Source: Candidatus Limnocylindria bacterium (GTDB taxonomy: Bacteria > Desulfobacterota > Binatia > DP-6). From it: a DNA stretch of 64,000 nt. Location of the stretch: assembly GCA_035559675.1 (NCBI GenBank), contig DATMAZ010000062.1, forward strand, positions 10,679 through 74,678. The letters run 5' to 3'. The translations under genes were made by a program, and so were the position numbers. Below are positions 37,148 to 47,691 of the stretch, one piece after another (the first letter of the stretch is position 1; the number at the start of each line of letters is the position of its first letter). The notes under the pieces were generated by a model. That model was not told the DNA's origin. It did not search any database and saw only the letters and a program-made list of their open reading frames with translations.

Positions 37148-37188
37148 CCCGAAAGGACTTGACACCTTGGCGAGCGCCCGTGCCGAAA

Positions 37189-37887
37189 TCAAGCCACCAG
37201 GGGGCGGCGCTCGACCTTCCCGCTGCCTAGACGCACCGCGTGAATGGTGAGCGACGGCAGCTCGAGCGCCGTCAGCATCCCGCCATAGACGCATCCCGTG
37301 TCGATCCCGACCTTGTACGGCAGGTCGGCCAGCACCTCGCGCCTCGGGGTGTGCCCGAAAACGACCGTCTTTCCGAGGTCGTGGGGATGGGCGATGAACT
37401 CGTCCCGGATCCAGAGGAGATCGTGCGGCCGCTGGGCATCCAGCGGCCGATCGGGCCGCACCCCAGCGTGCACCATCACGTAGTCGCCCTCGACGTGCAT
37501 CAGCGTCGTCGACAGGAGGAAGGCCAGGTGCTCGGCCGGCAGGGCGCTCTCGAGACGCTCCGGGCTCGGTCGCCCCCGAACGCCGTAGCTCCGGACCGTC
37601 ACGTCGCCGCCATTGACCAGGAAGGCCTCGCCGTATCGCCCGCCCCGCCCGAGATAGCCGAGCATCATGTCCTCGTGGTTGCCGCGCAGGAAGACGGTCC
37701 GCGGCCCGGGACGCGCAGCGAGCTCGACGAGCCGTTCGACCACACCCCGCACGTCGGGGCCGCGGTCGACGTAGTCGCCGAGAAAGACCAGCGTGTCGCC
37801 CGCCCCCGTCGCCAGCGCGCCGAGCAGCACGTCCAGCTCCCGACGGCAGCCGTGAATGTCGCCGACGACGAGCACACGACCCGCCAT
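37189..37887 (-). CDS. PPP-family serine/threonine protein phosphatase (metallophosphoesterase).
   Basis: GDIHG, GDYVDRG and GNHE metallophosphatase motifs are all present. The start is assigned to MAGRVLVVGDIHG. Confidence 0.8.
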   Translation of the reverse strand: MAGRVLVVGDIHGCRRELDVLLGALATGAGDTLVFLGDYVDRGPDVRGVVERLVELAARPGPRTVFLRGNHEDMMLGYLGRGGRYGEAFLVNGGDVTVRSYGVRGRPSPERLESALPAEHLAFLLSTTLMHVEGDYVMVHAGVRPDRPLDAQRPHDLLWIRDEFIAHPHDLGKTVVFGHTPRREVLADLPYKVGIDTGCVYGGMLTALELPSLTIHAVRLGSGKVERRPLVA

Positions 37888-37969
37888 GTCGTTCCCATGA
37901 CCCCGCCATCGCCGGGCGTCAACCGGAGGGGGCCATTGACCGGACGCGTGCGTCACGCACAATCCGCCC

Positions 37970-38314
37970 ATGTCCACCCCCGAGCGCGGCGAGCGTCCTC
38001 TTTCGCGCAACCCGCTGGTTCTCGGAGGCCTGCTGCTCCTCATGGTGGGCGTGGCCGACGTGATCGCCGGCTACCGCAAGCTCGAGCAGTACCGCCAGGA
38101 GCTGCGCGCGCTGCCGCCGCCCCCGCCGCCCAATCCCGCCGAGCTCTTTCCGAAGGCGAGCGCCGCCGACGAGCGGGAGAACATCCTGCATGCCAAGATC
38201 AGCTACTACGGCATGCTCACCACGACCGGACGCATCCTCGTGCTGATCGGAGCGGCCGCCATGGCCGTGGGCTACGTGCGCCATCGCGTCGTCCAACGCG
38301 CACGTTCACGTTGA
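37970..38314 (+). CDS. Small two-TM membrane protein with a poly-proline (PPPPPPNP) segment.
   Basis: Two hydrophobic helices (LVLGGLLLLMVGVADVIAG and ILVLIGAAAMAVGYV) flank a charged loop. The gene is divergent from the phosphatase gene. Confidence 0.45.
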   Translation: MSTPERGERPLSRNPLVLGGLLLLMVGVADVIAGYRKLEQYRQELRALPPPPPPNPAELFPKASAADERENILHAKISYYGMLTTTGRILVLIGAAAMAVGYVRHRVVQRARSR

Positions 38315-38398
38315 CATCCGCAGCAGCGCCGACTACAAGCCGAACAAATTTGCACATCGGGTCGGGGACGTGCCCGATGACGGAGGAGGCGGGGCGGT

Positions 38399-39478
38399 TT
38401 GGAACGTCCAAGAGGAGTGGAGCTCGGCGGAGCGCCGCGCACCGACTCGACGTCGGTGGCTGCGACCATGGCGTTGCTCGCGCGGGCGCTGCGCGTCGAC
38501 CGGGCCGCGCTCGTGCTGGCTGCCCCGGAGGGCGGTCGGGTGACGCCCGTCGCCGTGCACGGCGACGTGAGCGACCAGGAGTGGACGCAGGACGCCATCG
38601 GCACGGCCGATTGGAGCGACGTGCTGCCGCTCGGCGAGGGCCCGCGGCGCGGCTTTTTGCTGCTCGGGCGGCCGGGCGATGGCCCGCTCTCGGAGCAAGA
38701 CCGCGCGCTGGTGCAATCCGCCCTCGGCACCAACCCGTTCGAAGCCTTCGCGGATTCGGCGGCCGCCCGCGACCGTCTCGCCCACGCGGACCGGCTCGCG
38801 GCCATCGGCACGCTCGCGGCCGGCGTGGCCCACGAGATCCGCAATCCGCTGGTCTCCGTGCGGACCTTCATCCAGCTGCTGCCCGAGCGGCTCGACGACG
38901 AGGAGTTTCGCACCAGCTTCCGCGAGCTGGCGCTTGGCGAGATCGACCGGATCTGCGAGCTGATCAACGATCTCCTCGCGTTTTCGCGGCCGGCCGTCGC
39001 CGAACGCGAATCGACGGACGTGGCCGAGATCGCCCGACAGACGACGCGGCTCCTCGACGCCGAAGCGCGCAAGCGCGACGTGCGCCTCACCTGCGCCACG
39101 GCGGCCGGTACGCCCCGCGTCCGGGCGAACGAGGCGCAGCTGAAGCAGGTGCTGCTGAACGTCGTGCTGAACGGGATCCAGGCTTGTCCGGGGGCCGGAC
39201 GCGTCATGGTGTCCACGCGCGGCGAGCAGCACGCCGGCCGGCGCTGGGCGGTGATCGAGGTCGCGGACACCGGCCCGGGCGTGTGCGATGCGGACGTCGC
39301 TCGCATCTTCGACCCGTTCTTCACCACCAAGCCGCTTGGCAGCGGCCTCGGCCTCTTCATCGCGCGGCGGATCGTCGATGATCATGGCGGGACGATCCAG
39401 ATTCGCCGAGGTCTCGAAGGCGGCTCCGTGTTCGTCATCCGCCTGCCGGCCGAGGACGGTGATGGCGACACCGCCTGA
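38399..39478 (+). CDS. Soluble sensor histidine kinase.
   Basis: HisKA carries the H-box HEIRNPL, followed by an N-box (LLNVVLNGIQA), G1 (VADTGPGV) and G2 (GSGLGLFIARR). A GAF-like N-terminal region is present. The true start may be at the internal Met (MALLARAL) at 38468. Confidence 0.8.
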   Translation: MERPRGVELGGAPRTDSTSVAATMALLARALRVDRAALVLAAPEGGRVTPVAVHGDVSDQEWTQDAIGTADWSDVLPLGEGPRRGFLLLGRPGDGPLSEQDRALVQSALGTNPFEAFADSAAARDRLAHADRLAAIGTLAAGVAHEIRNPLVSVRTFIQLLPERLDDEEFRTSFRELALGEIDRICELINDLLAFSRPAVAERESTDVAEIARQTTRLLDAEARKRDVRLTCATAAGTPRVRANEAQLKQVLLNVVLNGIQACPGAGRVMVSTRGEQHAGRRWAVIEVADTGPGVCDADVARIFDPFFTTKPLGSGLGLFIARRIVDDHGGTIQIRRGLEGGSVFVIRLPAEDGDGDTA

Positions 39479-40849
39479 GGGCAGCCCGCTCCGGCTGCCG
39501 CCGCTCTCCGTCGAGCGGGCCTCGGCCGTGCTCGCCGTGCCCGAGGTGCCGCAGCACGCGGTCGCCGACGTGGCGCTCGCCTGCGCCGCCGCCGAAGCGG
39601 CCGTCCCGCTGCTCCTGCTCGCCACCGAGGGCGAGCGGCCGCTGCTCGCCGTTCGCGCGCTGCACGCGCTCGCCCATCGGCAGGGAGCGGTGTGGCTCGC
39701 GCCGTTAGACGGTCCGGGCGCGCTCCCAGACGGCGCCGCGACCGTCGCCTTCCTCCTCGGCGCCGAGCGCGAGCCGCCCCCGGGACTCCTCGAAGCCTAC
39801 CTCGACGAGCCGGCGGCGTGGATCGTGGTGGTGTGCCCCGAGCCGAGCCACCTGCCCGCGTCGCTCGCGCAGCGGCTGCGCGCCGCGGTGTTGCGCCTGC
39901 CGCCGCTTCGGGAGCGTACCGGCGATCTCGCCGTGCTGGCCCCCGCCGTGCTCCGGGCGGTGGCGGCGCGCTCCGGGCGTCCCGCGCCGGCGCTCACGCC
40001 CGAGGCGCTGGGCGCGCTCGCGGCCCATGCCTGGCCGGGAGGCCGCGTGGAGCTCGAAGCCGTGCTGTCGCGGGCGCTGCTCATCGCGGGAGCCGGCGGG
40101 CAGATCGCACCCGACATGCTCGACTTCTCCGCGCCCGCCCCGGAGGCTCCGCAGCCCCACCGCGCGGCCGCCGATACGCCGGGGATGCGTCTCGAGTATC
40201 TGCTGGCGGAGCTGGCGCACGAGCTGCGCAATCCGCTCGTCACCGTGAAGACCTTCGCCCAGCAGCTGCCGGCGTTGCTCGAGGACGAGGCGTTGCGCAC
40301 GCGCTTCGCGGAGCTGACGGACGATGCCGTGGACCGCATGGACGCGCTGCTCGAGAACGTGTTGGCCTTCGCGCGCCTGCAGCCGCCGCAGCCGGAAGCG
40401 CTCGACGTCGGCTCGGTGCTCGACGGCGTGCTGAGCGAGCTCTCGTCCACCCTCGGCGCGCGGGATCTTCGGGTGCGCCGCGTCGGCGGCGGTGCGCAGT
40501 GCGCGGCCGATCGCGAGCACCTGCGCTATGCGCTCAGCAACCTGCTGCTCGGCATCGCCAACGAGACGCCGCCGCGCGCGGAGCTGGTGGTCGACGCGAG
40601 CGTCAACGGCACGGTGAGCCTGCGCTTCGGCACGGGTGCGGCCATCTCGCGGCTGCGAGAGCTGGCGGCGCCCGGGCACGGTGCGCTCGACGACCCCACG
40701 TTCCTGCCCCTCGCGTTCACGCTGGCGCGCGCGGTGCTCGAGCGGACCGGTGGTGGGCTCGGCGTGGTGCCCGATCTCGGAGGACAGGCCACGGTGACCG
40801 TCCGGCTTCCGCCGGTCGAGTCGCCGGTGATGGAAAACGGAGGCAACAC

Positions 40850-40853
<4 letters not shown>
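39462..40853 (+). CDS. Fusion of a degenerate sigma-54-activator-like AAA region to a HisKA/HATPase_c histidine-kinase paralogue.
   Basis: The N-terminal half matches the C-terminal lobe of NtrC-type AAA+ domains (LRLPPLRERTGDL...HAWPGGRVELEAVLSRAL) but lacks Walker A and GAFTGA. The C-terminal half has the H-box HELRNPL and a G2 box (GGGLGV) but a weakened G1. Confidence 0.65.
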
Positions 40854-42244
<1,391 letters not shown>

Positions 42245-42352
42245 CGCCGCCGGCTGTGCCAGGGTGACACACGGGCGTTCAAAGCTGGACGCCCGCCCCT
42301 GCCGGGTCGCGGCCCGCGCGCGAGTCTACGCGGCGCGCCCAGGCGCCCGCCG

Positions 42353-42368
42353 TGGCATGCTTCCTGCT
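42353..42368 (+). promoter_or_regulatory. Candidate sigma-54 (-24/-12) promoter upstream of the hybrid kinase gene.
   Basis: TGGCATG-CTTC-CTGCT matches TGGCACG-N4-TTGCW, with the GG and GC dinucleotides at the correct spacing. An NtrC-type activator is encoded immediately upstream. Caveat: the predicted transcription start is only ~4 nt before the annotated ATG. Confidence 0.3.
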
Positions 42369-42381
42369 CTCCTATTGCGTG

Positions 42382-43461
42382 ATGCCAAGCAAACCCAAGG
42401 TGCTGGTGGTGGACGACGAGCTGGGGGTTCGCGAGTCGCTGCGCGCCATACTCAGCCAAGATTGTGACGTGGTGACGGCCGCGTCGGGCGCCGAGGCGCT
42501 CCGCATCGTCGGCGGCGAGCAAATCGCGCTCGTCACGCTGGATCTCCGGATGCCGGGCATGAGCGGCATCGAAGTTCTCGAAGCCAGCAAGCGTCTCGAT
42601 CCCGACATCGAAGCGCTCATCATCACGGGCTACGGGTCGTTCGACACCGCGGTGCAGGGGCTGCGCCACCGGGCGTTCGACTACCTGGCGAAGCCCTTCG
42701 ACGCGACGCAGGTGCGCGCCACGGTGCAGGCGGCGCTGGCACGTCGCGCCACGACGCAGAAGCTGCGCACGGTGCCCGACAGCATCCTCGCGACCTTGTC
42801 GCACGAGTTCCGCACGCCGCTCAACGTGATCATGGGTTACTCGAGCATGCTCGCCGACGACAGCGACCGCGAGCTGTCGGCCGAGCAGCGCGCCGCGCTC
42901 GATCGCATCCAATCGAACTCCACCACGCTGCTCCAGTACGTGGAGACGCTCTTCTACCTGATCGAGCTCGAGCGCGGCCTCGTGTCCGTCACGCCGCAGC
43001 CGACCGACGTGCAGGAGGTCGTCGACCGCCTCCGTCAGGAGCTCGCGCCGCGCGCCGCCGCCAAGGGCTTGGCGCTCGAGGTCTCGGTGGAGCCGGGCTG
43101 CACCGTCGACACCGATTCCGACATGCTGGGCCGGCTGCTGTTCGCGCTCACCGAGAACGCCGTGCGCCACACCGCGAATGGGCGCGTCGTGCTGTCGGCG
43201 AGCGGCGGCGGCACCGCCGCGACCTTCATCGTGCGCGACACGGGCGAGGGACTCGATCCAGTGCTCGCCCGCGAACTCGAGCAGCTCGCTGGCGCGCCGG
43301 AGCTGCCCCCGCCCGGCATCCTCGGTTTCGGGCTCAGGCTGATCGGGCGACTCGTCCGCGAGCTGCACGGCACGGTCACGGTGGAGTCCGGCGAGGGCGG
43401 CACGGCGATCACCGTCAAGCTGCCCGCGCTCGTCACCGTCGAGCTGCCGCGCGTCGCCTAA
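42382..43461 (+). CDS. Hybrid response regulator / histidine kinase (REC-HisKA-HATPase_c).
   Basis: The REC domain reads KVLVVDDELGVRESL...TLDLRMPGMSG. HisKA carries the H-box SHEFRTPLN, and the HATPase has N and G boxes (TENAVRHT, RDTGEG, GFGLRL). Confidence 0.85.
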   Translation: MPSKPKVLVVDDELGVRESLRAILSQDCDVVTAASGAEALRIVGGEQIALVTLDLRMPGMSGIEVLEASKRLDPDIEALIITGYGSFDTAVQGLRHRAFDYLAKPFDATQVRATVQAALARRATTQKLRTVPDSILATLSHEFRTPLNVIMGYSSMLADDSDRELSAEQRAALDRIQSNSTTLLQYVETLFYLIELERGLVSVTPQPTDVQEVVDRLRQELAPRAAAKGLALEVSVEPGCTVDTDSDMLGRLLFALTENAVRHTANGRVVLSASGGGTAATFIVRDTGEGLDPVLARELEQLAGAPELPPPGILGFGLRLIGRLVRELHGTVTVESGEGGTAITVKLPALVTVELPRVA

Positions 43462-43540
43462 GGCCGCTCTGCGGCGGCACGGCCGTGCCGTGCTACCTTG
43501 ACAGGGTGCACCCCCTTCGGTAGCTGCGGCGCTGAGCCTC

Positions 43541-44725
43541 ATGCCGTCGTCTTCCGCCGCTCGCATCGCGGCGCGCGCGCGCCTCACCGCGCCTCTCTCG
43601 CGTGCCGACGCCATCGCGTTGATGGAGACGGCCGAGGCCGCAGCCGATCTGCTGGGCGCCGCCGCGGCGCTGCGCGACGCGGCCTGGGGACGCACCCTCA
43701 CCTACTCGCCGAAGGTATTCCTGCCGGTCACGAACCTCTGCCGCGACCGCTGCACGTACTGCACCTTCCGCAAGGATCCGGACGACCCCGATGCCTGGAC
43801 CATGAGCCCCGAGGACGTCCGTGTGTGGTCCGAGCGCGGCGCGCGTCTCGGCTGCACCGAGGCGCTCATGTGCCTCGGCGACAAGCCGGAGCTGGCCTTC
43901 CGCAGCTATCGGGAGCTGCTCGCGCGCCTCGGCCACACGAGCACCGTCGACTACCTGGCGCGCGCGTGCGCCATCGCTTTCGACACCGGGCTCCTACCGC
44001 ATACCAACGCTGGCCTGCTGTCCGCGGCCGACATGCAGCGGCTGCGTCCGCTCAACGTTAGCATGGGCCTCATGCTGGAGACGGTCGCCGAGCGACTGCG
44101 CGGGCGTGGCGAAGTCCATCAATGGGCGCCGGACAAGGAGCCGCGGCTCCGGCTCCGCATGCTGGAGGACGCCGGGGAGCTGCGCATCCCGTTCACAACC
44201 GGACTGCTGCTCGGCATCGGGGAGACCCTCGCCGAACGCGTGGACACGCTGCTCGCGATCCGCGAAGTCCATCGCCGCCACGGGCACATCCAAGAGGTGA
44301 TCGTGCAGCGCTTCCGCGCCAAGCCGACCATCGCCCGCGCCGATGCACCCGACCCCGACACCGCCGACCTCGCTCGCACGATCGCCGTCGCCCGCCTCGT
44401 GCTCGACCCCGAGGTGAGCGTGCAGGCGCCGCCCAACCTCTCGGATCCCGCCGAGCACGCGGTGCTCATCGGCGCGGGCATCAACGACTGGGGCGGGATC
44501 TCGCCGCTCACGCCCGACTACGTCAATCCCGAGGCGCCCTGGCCGCACGTCGCGGCGCTGGAAGCCACCTGCGCGCACGCCGGCTACGCGCTGGCCCCGC
44601 GCCTGCCGATTTATCCGGCGTTTGCCGCCCGTCCCGAGTTCGTCGACGAGGCGCTCCGTCCCGCCCTCGAGCGTCCGCTCGCTCGCTCGGGTGCCGGTGG
44701 TGCGTCCCTGGAGGTGCCGGCATGA
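43541..44725 (+). CDS. cofG: FO synthase subunit 1 (7,8-didemethyl-8-hydroxy-5-deazariboflavin synthase CofG), radical SAM.
   Basis: CRDRCTYCTF is the CxxxCxxC radical SAM motif, and the protein shows CofG/FbiC-N-terminal homology throughout. Confidence 0.85.
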   Translation: MPSSSAARIAARARLTAPLSRADAIALMETAEAAADLLGAAAALRDAAWGRTLTYSPKVFLPVTNLCRDRCTYCTFRKDPDDPDAWTMSPEDVRVWSERGARLGCTEALMCLGDKPELAFRSYRELLARLGHTSTVDYLARACAIAFDTGLLPHTNAGLLSAADMQRLRPLNVSMGLMLETVAERLRGRGEVHQWAPDKEPRLRLRMLEDAGELRIPFTTGLLLGIGETLAERVDTLLAIREVHRRHGHIQEVIVQRFRAKPTIARADAPDPDTADLARTIAVARLVLDPEVSVQAPPNLSDPAEHAVLIGAGINDWGGISPLTPDYVNPEAPWPHVAALEATCAHAGYALAPRLPIYPAFAARPEFVDEALRPALERPLARSGAGGASLEVPA

Positions 44726-45981
44726 GCTTGTTCGATCCCTGGGAAGCGATCGAGGCCGTCGCGCTCGACGACACGCCCGTCGAGCGCGCCATCGCGCGCG
44801 CCGCGCCGGAGGTGGCTCGCATTCTCGACCGGGCGCTCGACGGCACCCCGCCGTCGGTCGACGAGGCCGAGGCGCTCTTCGCGCTCGAGACGCGCCCGGA
44901 GCTCACGGCGCTCGTGCGCACGGCCGACGCCATCCGCATGGCCGACGTCGGGGACGAAGTCACCTACGTCGTCAACCGCAACCTCAACTTCACGAACGTC
45001 TGCTTCGTCAACTGCCAGTTCTGCGCGTTCAAGCGCCATCGCTGGGAGTCGGACGCCTACACCCACGGGCTCGACCTGCTGATCGCCAAGGTCACCGAGG
45101 CCATCGACCGCGGCGCCACCGAGGTATGCATGCAGGGGGGCATCAACCCCGACATGCATCCCTTCTATTACCGAGACCTGCTCCTCGACATCACCAGTCG
45201 CTTCCCGAGCCTGCACGTGCACGCCTTCTCTCCCATGGAGATCCTCTATGGGGCGCGCCGCACCGGGCTCGACTTCACGAGCTACATCGCCATGCTGCGC
45301 GACTGCGGCCTCGGCAGCATTCCCGGCACGGCGGCCGAGATCCTCGACGACGAGGTGCGCGAGCTGCTCTCGCACAAGAAGGTGGACGTGCGAACGTGGG
45401 TGGAGATCATCACCACGGCGCATCGCCTCGGCGTGCCGACCACCGCGACGGTGATGTATGGCCACCTCGAGACGCCCGGCCACGTCGCCCGCCATCTCGT
45501 CCTGCTGCGCGACCTGCAGCGCGAGACGCACGGGTTCACGGAGTTCGTGCCGCTCGGCTTCATCTGGGAGAACACGAAGCTGTACCACGACGGCCTCGTG
45601 CGGCCGCAGCCGAAGGGCCTGCGCGATCTCCGCATGTACGCCGCCAGCCGCCTCGTGCTCCGCGGCGTCGTCGACAACCTGCAGACGTCGTGGGTCAAGC
45701 TCGGGCATCGCCTGGCCCAGCTCACGCTGCGCGCGGGCTGCAACGACTTCGGCGGCACGCTGATGGAGGAGAGCATCTCGCGCGAGGCCGGGGCCGACGC
45801 CGGCGAGTACACGCCGGCCTTCGAGATCGAGAGGTTGGTGCGCGCCATGGGACGCACGCCGGTCGAACGGACGACGCTCTACCGACGCGTCGACAGACAT
45901 GCCACGAGCGCGCCAGCTGACCGTGCTGACGGGTGGCGTCGGGGGAGCCCGCTTTCTGCGGGCGCTCTCGCCGCTCATTGA
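44722..45981 (+). CDS. cofH: FO synthase subunit 2 (CofH), radical SAM.
   Basis: NLNFTNVCFVNCQFCAF is the CofH-type cluster motif. ATG start overlaps the cofG stop as ATGA. The 3' end overlaps cofD by ~83 nt in a different frame. Confidence 0.85.
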   Translation: MSLFDPWEAIEAVALDDTPVERAIARAAPEVARILDRALDGTPPSVDEAEALFALETRPELTALVRTADAIRMADVGDEVTYVVNRNLNFTNVCFVNCQFCAFKRHRWESDAYTHGLDLLIAKVTEAIDRGATEVCMQGGINPDMHPFYYRDLLLDITSRFPSLHVHAFSPMEILYGARRTGLDFTSYIAMLRDCGLGSIPGTAAEILDDEVRELLSHKKVDVRTWVEIITTAHRLGVPTTATVMYGHLETPGHVARHLVLLRDLQRETHGFTEFVPLGFIWENTKLYHDGLVRPQPKGLRDLRMYAASRLVLRGVVDNLQTSWVKLGHRLAQLTLRAGCNDFGGTLMEESISREAGADAGEYTPAFEIERLVRAMGRTPVERTTLYRRVDRHATSAPADRADGWRRGSPLSAGALAAH

Positions 45982-46849
45982 CCCGGCGGCGCTCACGGTC
46001 ATCGCGAACACGGCCGACGACGAGGAGTTCTTCGACCTCCACGTCTCGCCCGACCTCGACACCGCCCTCTACACGCTTGCCGGGCGGGCCCACCGCCGGC
46101 ACGGCTGGGGGGTGCACGGCGATTCGTTCGCCTGCCTCGCCACCCTCGGGGCGCTGGGCGCGCCCACGTGGTTCCAGCTCGGCGACCGCGACCTTGCCGT
46201 GCACCTGCTGCGCACGGTCTGGCTCCGCCGTGGCGTTCCGCTCTCCGAGGTAACCGCCAGGCTGGCGCGGGCCCACGGGCTGCAGAGCCGGCTCCTTCCC
46301 ATGACGGACGACCGCGTCCGCACGTTCGTCCGCACCGCCCGCGGTTGTCTCGCGTTCCAAGCCTACCTCGTGCGCGACCGCGCGCGCCATCGCGTGCGCG
46401 GGATCACCGTGGCCGGGGCGCGCCGCGCGCGTCCTGCCCCCGGCGTGCTGGCGGCGCTGCATCCCTCGCGCGACGTGGTGATCGCCCCGTCGAATCCGCT
46501 GGTTTCGATCGGCCCGATCCTGGCGATTCCCGGGGTGCGCGCGGCGCTGAGACGGCGGCGCGGCCGCACGGTGGCGATCTCGCCGCTGGTCGGCGGCCGC
46601 GCGGTGCGCGGCCCCCTGCACCGCATGTTGGCCGGGCTCGGCCGGACGCCTGGCGCCCTTGCCGTCGCCCGGCTCTACCGCGACGTGATCGACGCCTTCG
46701 TCATCGACCGTGCCGATGCCGGAGCGGCGCCGGCGATCGCGGCGCTCGGCGTGCGCCCCGTCGTCACCGACATTCTCATGTCCACCCCGCGGCGGGCACG
46801 CCGCCTTGCCGCCACGGTGCTCCGTGCGCTAGACGGCGCGGCGCAATGA
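45899..46849 (+). CDS. cofD: 2-phospho-L-lactate transferase CofD/FbiA (LPPG:FO transferase).
   Basis: LTVLTGGVGGARFLRAL is the CofD N-terminal signature, and the protein is ~316 aa. Confidence 0.85.
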   Translation: MPRARQLTVLTGGVGGARFLRALSPLIDPAALTVIANTADDEEFFDLHVSPDLDTALYTLAGRAHRRHGWGVHGDSFACLATLGALGAPTWFQLGDRDLAVHLLRTVWLRRGVPLSEVTARLARAHGLQSRLLPMTDDRVRTFVRTARGCLAFQAYLVRDRARHRVRGITVAGARRARPAPGVLAALHPSRDVVIAPSNPLVSIGPILAIPGVRAALRRRRGRTVAISPLVGGRAVRGPLHRMLAGLGRTPGALAVARLYRDVIDAFVIDRADAGAAPAIAALGVRPVVTDILMSTPRRARRLAATVLRALDGAAQ

Positions 46850-47601
46850 CGGTCGCGGTCATACCGGTCCCCGGCCTGCCGCTGGTCACGCCGGGGATGG
46901 ACCTCGGCCAGCTGCTCGGCGACGCCATCGACGCCGCGCGCGTGGGAGTAAAGCCCCGCGACGTCGTCGTGGTGTGCCAGAAGGTCGTGAGCAAGGCGGA
47001 AGGCGCGGTGGTGGCCCTGGCGGACGTCGAGCCCTCTCCTTTCGCACGCACGCTGGCGGCACAGGGATCCGAGCCGCGCGATCCGCGTGCGCTCGAGGTG
47101 GTGCTGCGCGAAGCGCGGCGCATCGTGCGCAACGACCGGGGACATCTCATCGTGGAGACGCGCCACGGTTGGGTGTGCGCGAACGCGGGCGTCGACCAGT
47201 CGAACGGCGTGGCCGCCGAGACGCTGACGTTGCTCCCGGCGGACGCCGACGCCTCCGCCGCGCGGCTGCGCGCGGCGCTCGAGACACGCTTCGGCGGACC
47301 GCTCGCGGTGGTGGTGACCGACACCTTCGGACGGCCGTGGCGTGAGGGACTCGTCGAGGTGGCGATCGGCTGCGCCGGTATCGATCCACTGCTCGACTTC
47401 CGCGGCGAGCGCGACCTGCTCGGTCGTACGCTGCACCATACGGTGGTGGCCGTCGCCGACGAGGTGGCGGCGGCGGCGGGCCTGGTGATGGCGAAAGGCA
47501 GCGGCGTCGCCGCGGCCATCGTGCGGGGCGTCGTGTTTCGCCCCGACGGGTGCGGTGCGTCGGCGTTGGTGCGGCGCAGTGAATTCGACCTCTTTCGGTG
47601 A
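46846..47601 (+). CDS. cofE: Coenzyme F420-0:L-glutamate ligase CofE (short form, no nitroreductase extension).
   Basis: The MTVAVIPVPGLPLVTPGMDL start and homology to the CofE/FbiB-N domain support the call. ATG start overlaps the cofD stop as ATGA. Confidence 0.8.
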   Translation: MTVAVIPVPGLPLVTPGMDLGQLLGDAIDAARVGVKPRDVVVVCQKVVSKAEGAVVALADVEPSPFARTLAAQGSEPRDPRALEVVLREARRIVRNDRGHLIVETRHGWVCANAGVDQSNGVAAETLTLLPADADASAARLRAALETRFGGPLAVVVTDTFGRPWREGLVEVAIGCAGIDPLLDFRGERDLLGRTLHHTVVAVADEVAAAAGLVMAKGSGVAAAIVRGVVFRPDGCGASALVRRSEFDLFR

Positions 47602-47691
47602 TCTCGCTACACTATCGGCGTGGGGTGGCGGAGTGGGGTCGCGCAGCACGCCGGACATGCGCCGGCGCCCTGGGCGCCTGCGCCCTCCGGC

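Noticed and set aside
37240-39625. 713-aa plus ORF and 362/430-aa minus ORFs over the phosphatase and histidine-kinase region.
   Set aside because: They are out of frame or antisense to the PPP phosphatase and the HisKA/HATPase kinase, which both show clear catalytic motifs.
42353-42368. Strong call of a sigma-54 promoter for the hybrid kinase.
   Set aside because: It is kept only as a low-confidence feature. The -12 element ends only ~15 nt before the annotated ATG, leaving almost no 5' UTR or Shine-Dalgarno. The start would have to be leaderless, or the true start would have to lie downstream.
43461-43540. Possible riboswitch upstream of cofG.
   Set aside because: Only a GC inverted repeat (GGCACGGCCGTGCC), a TTGACA hexamer and the palindrome GGTGCACC are present in an 80-nt spacer. 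This is too short and lacks any recognisable aptamer core. It was folded into the F420 finding as a probable terminator and promoter region.
44122-46062. 619-aa plus ORF (upstream extension of cofH) and 483-aa minus ORF.
   Set aside because: The cofH homology begins only at the Met at 44722, which is coupled (ATGA) to the cofG stop. The upstream extension overlaps cofG out of frame. The minus-strand ORF is antisense to cofH and cofD.
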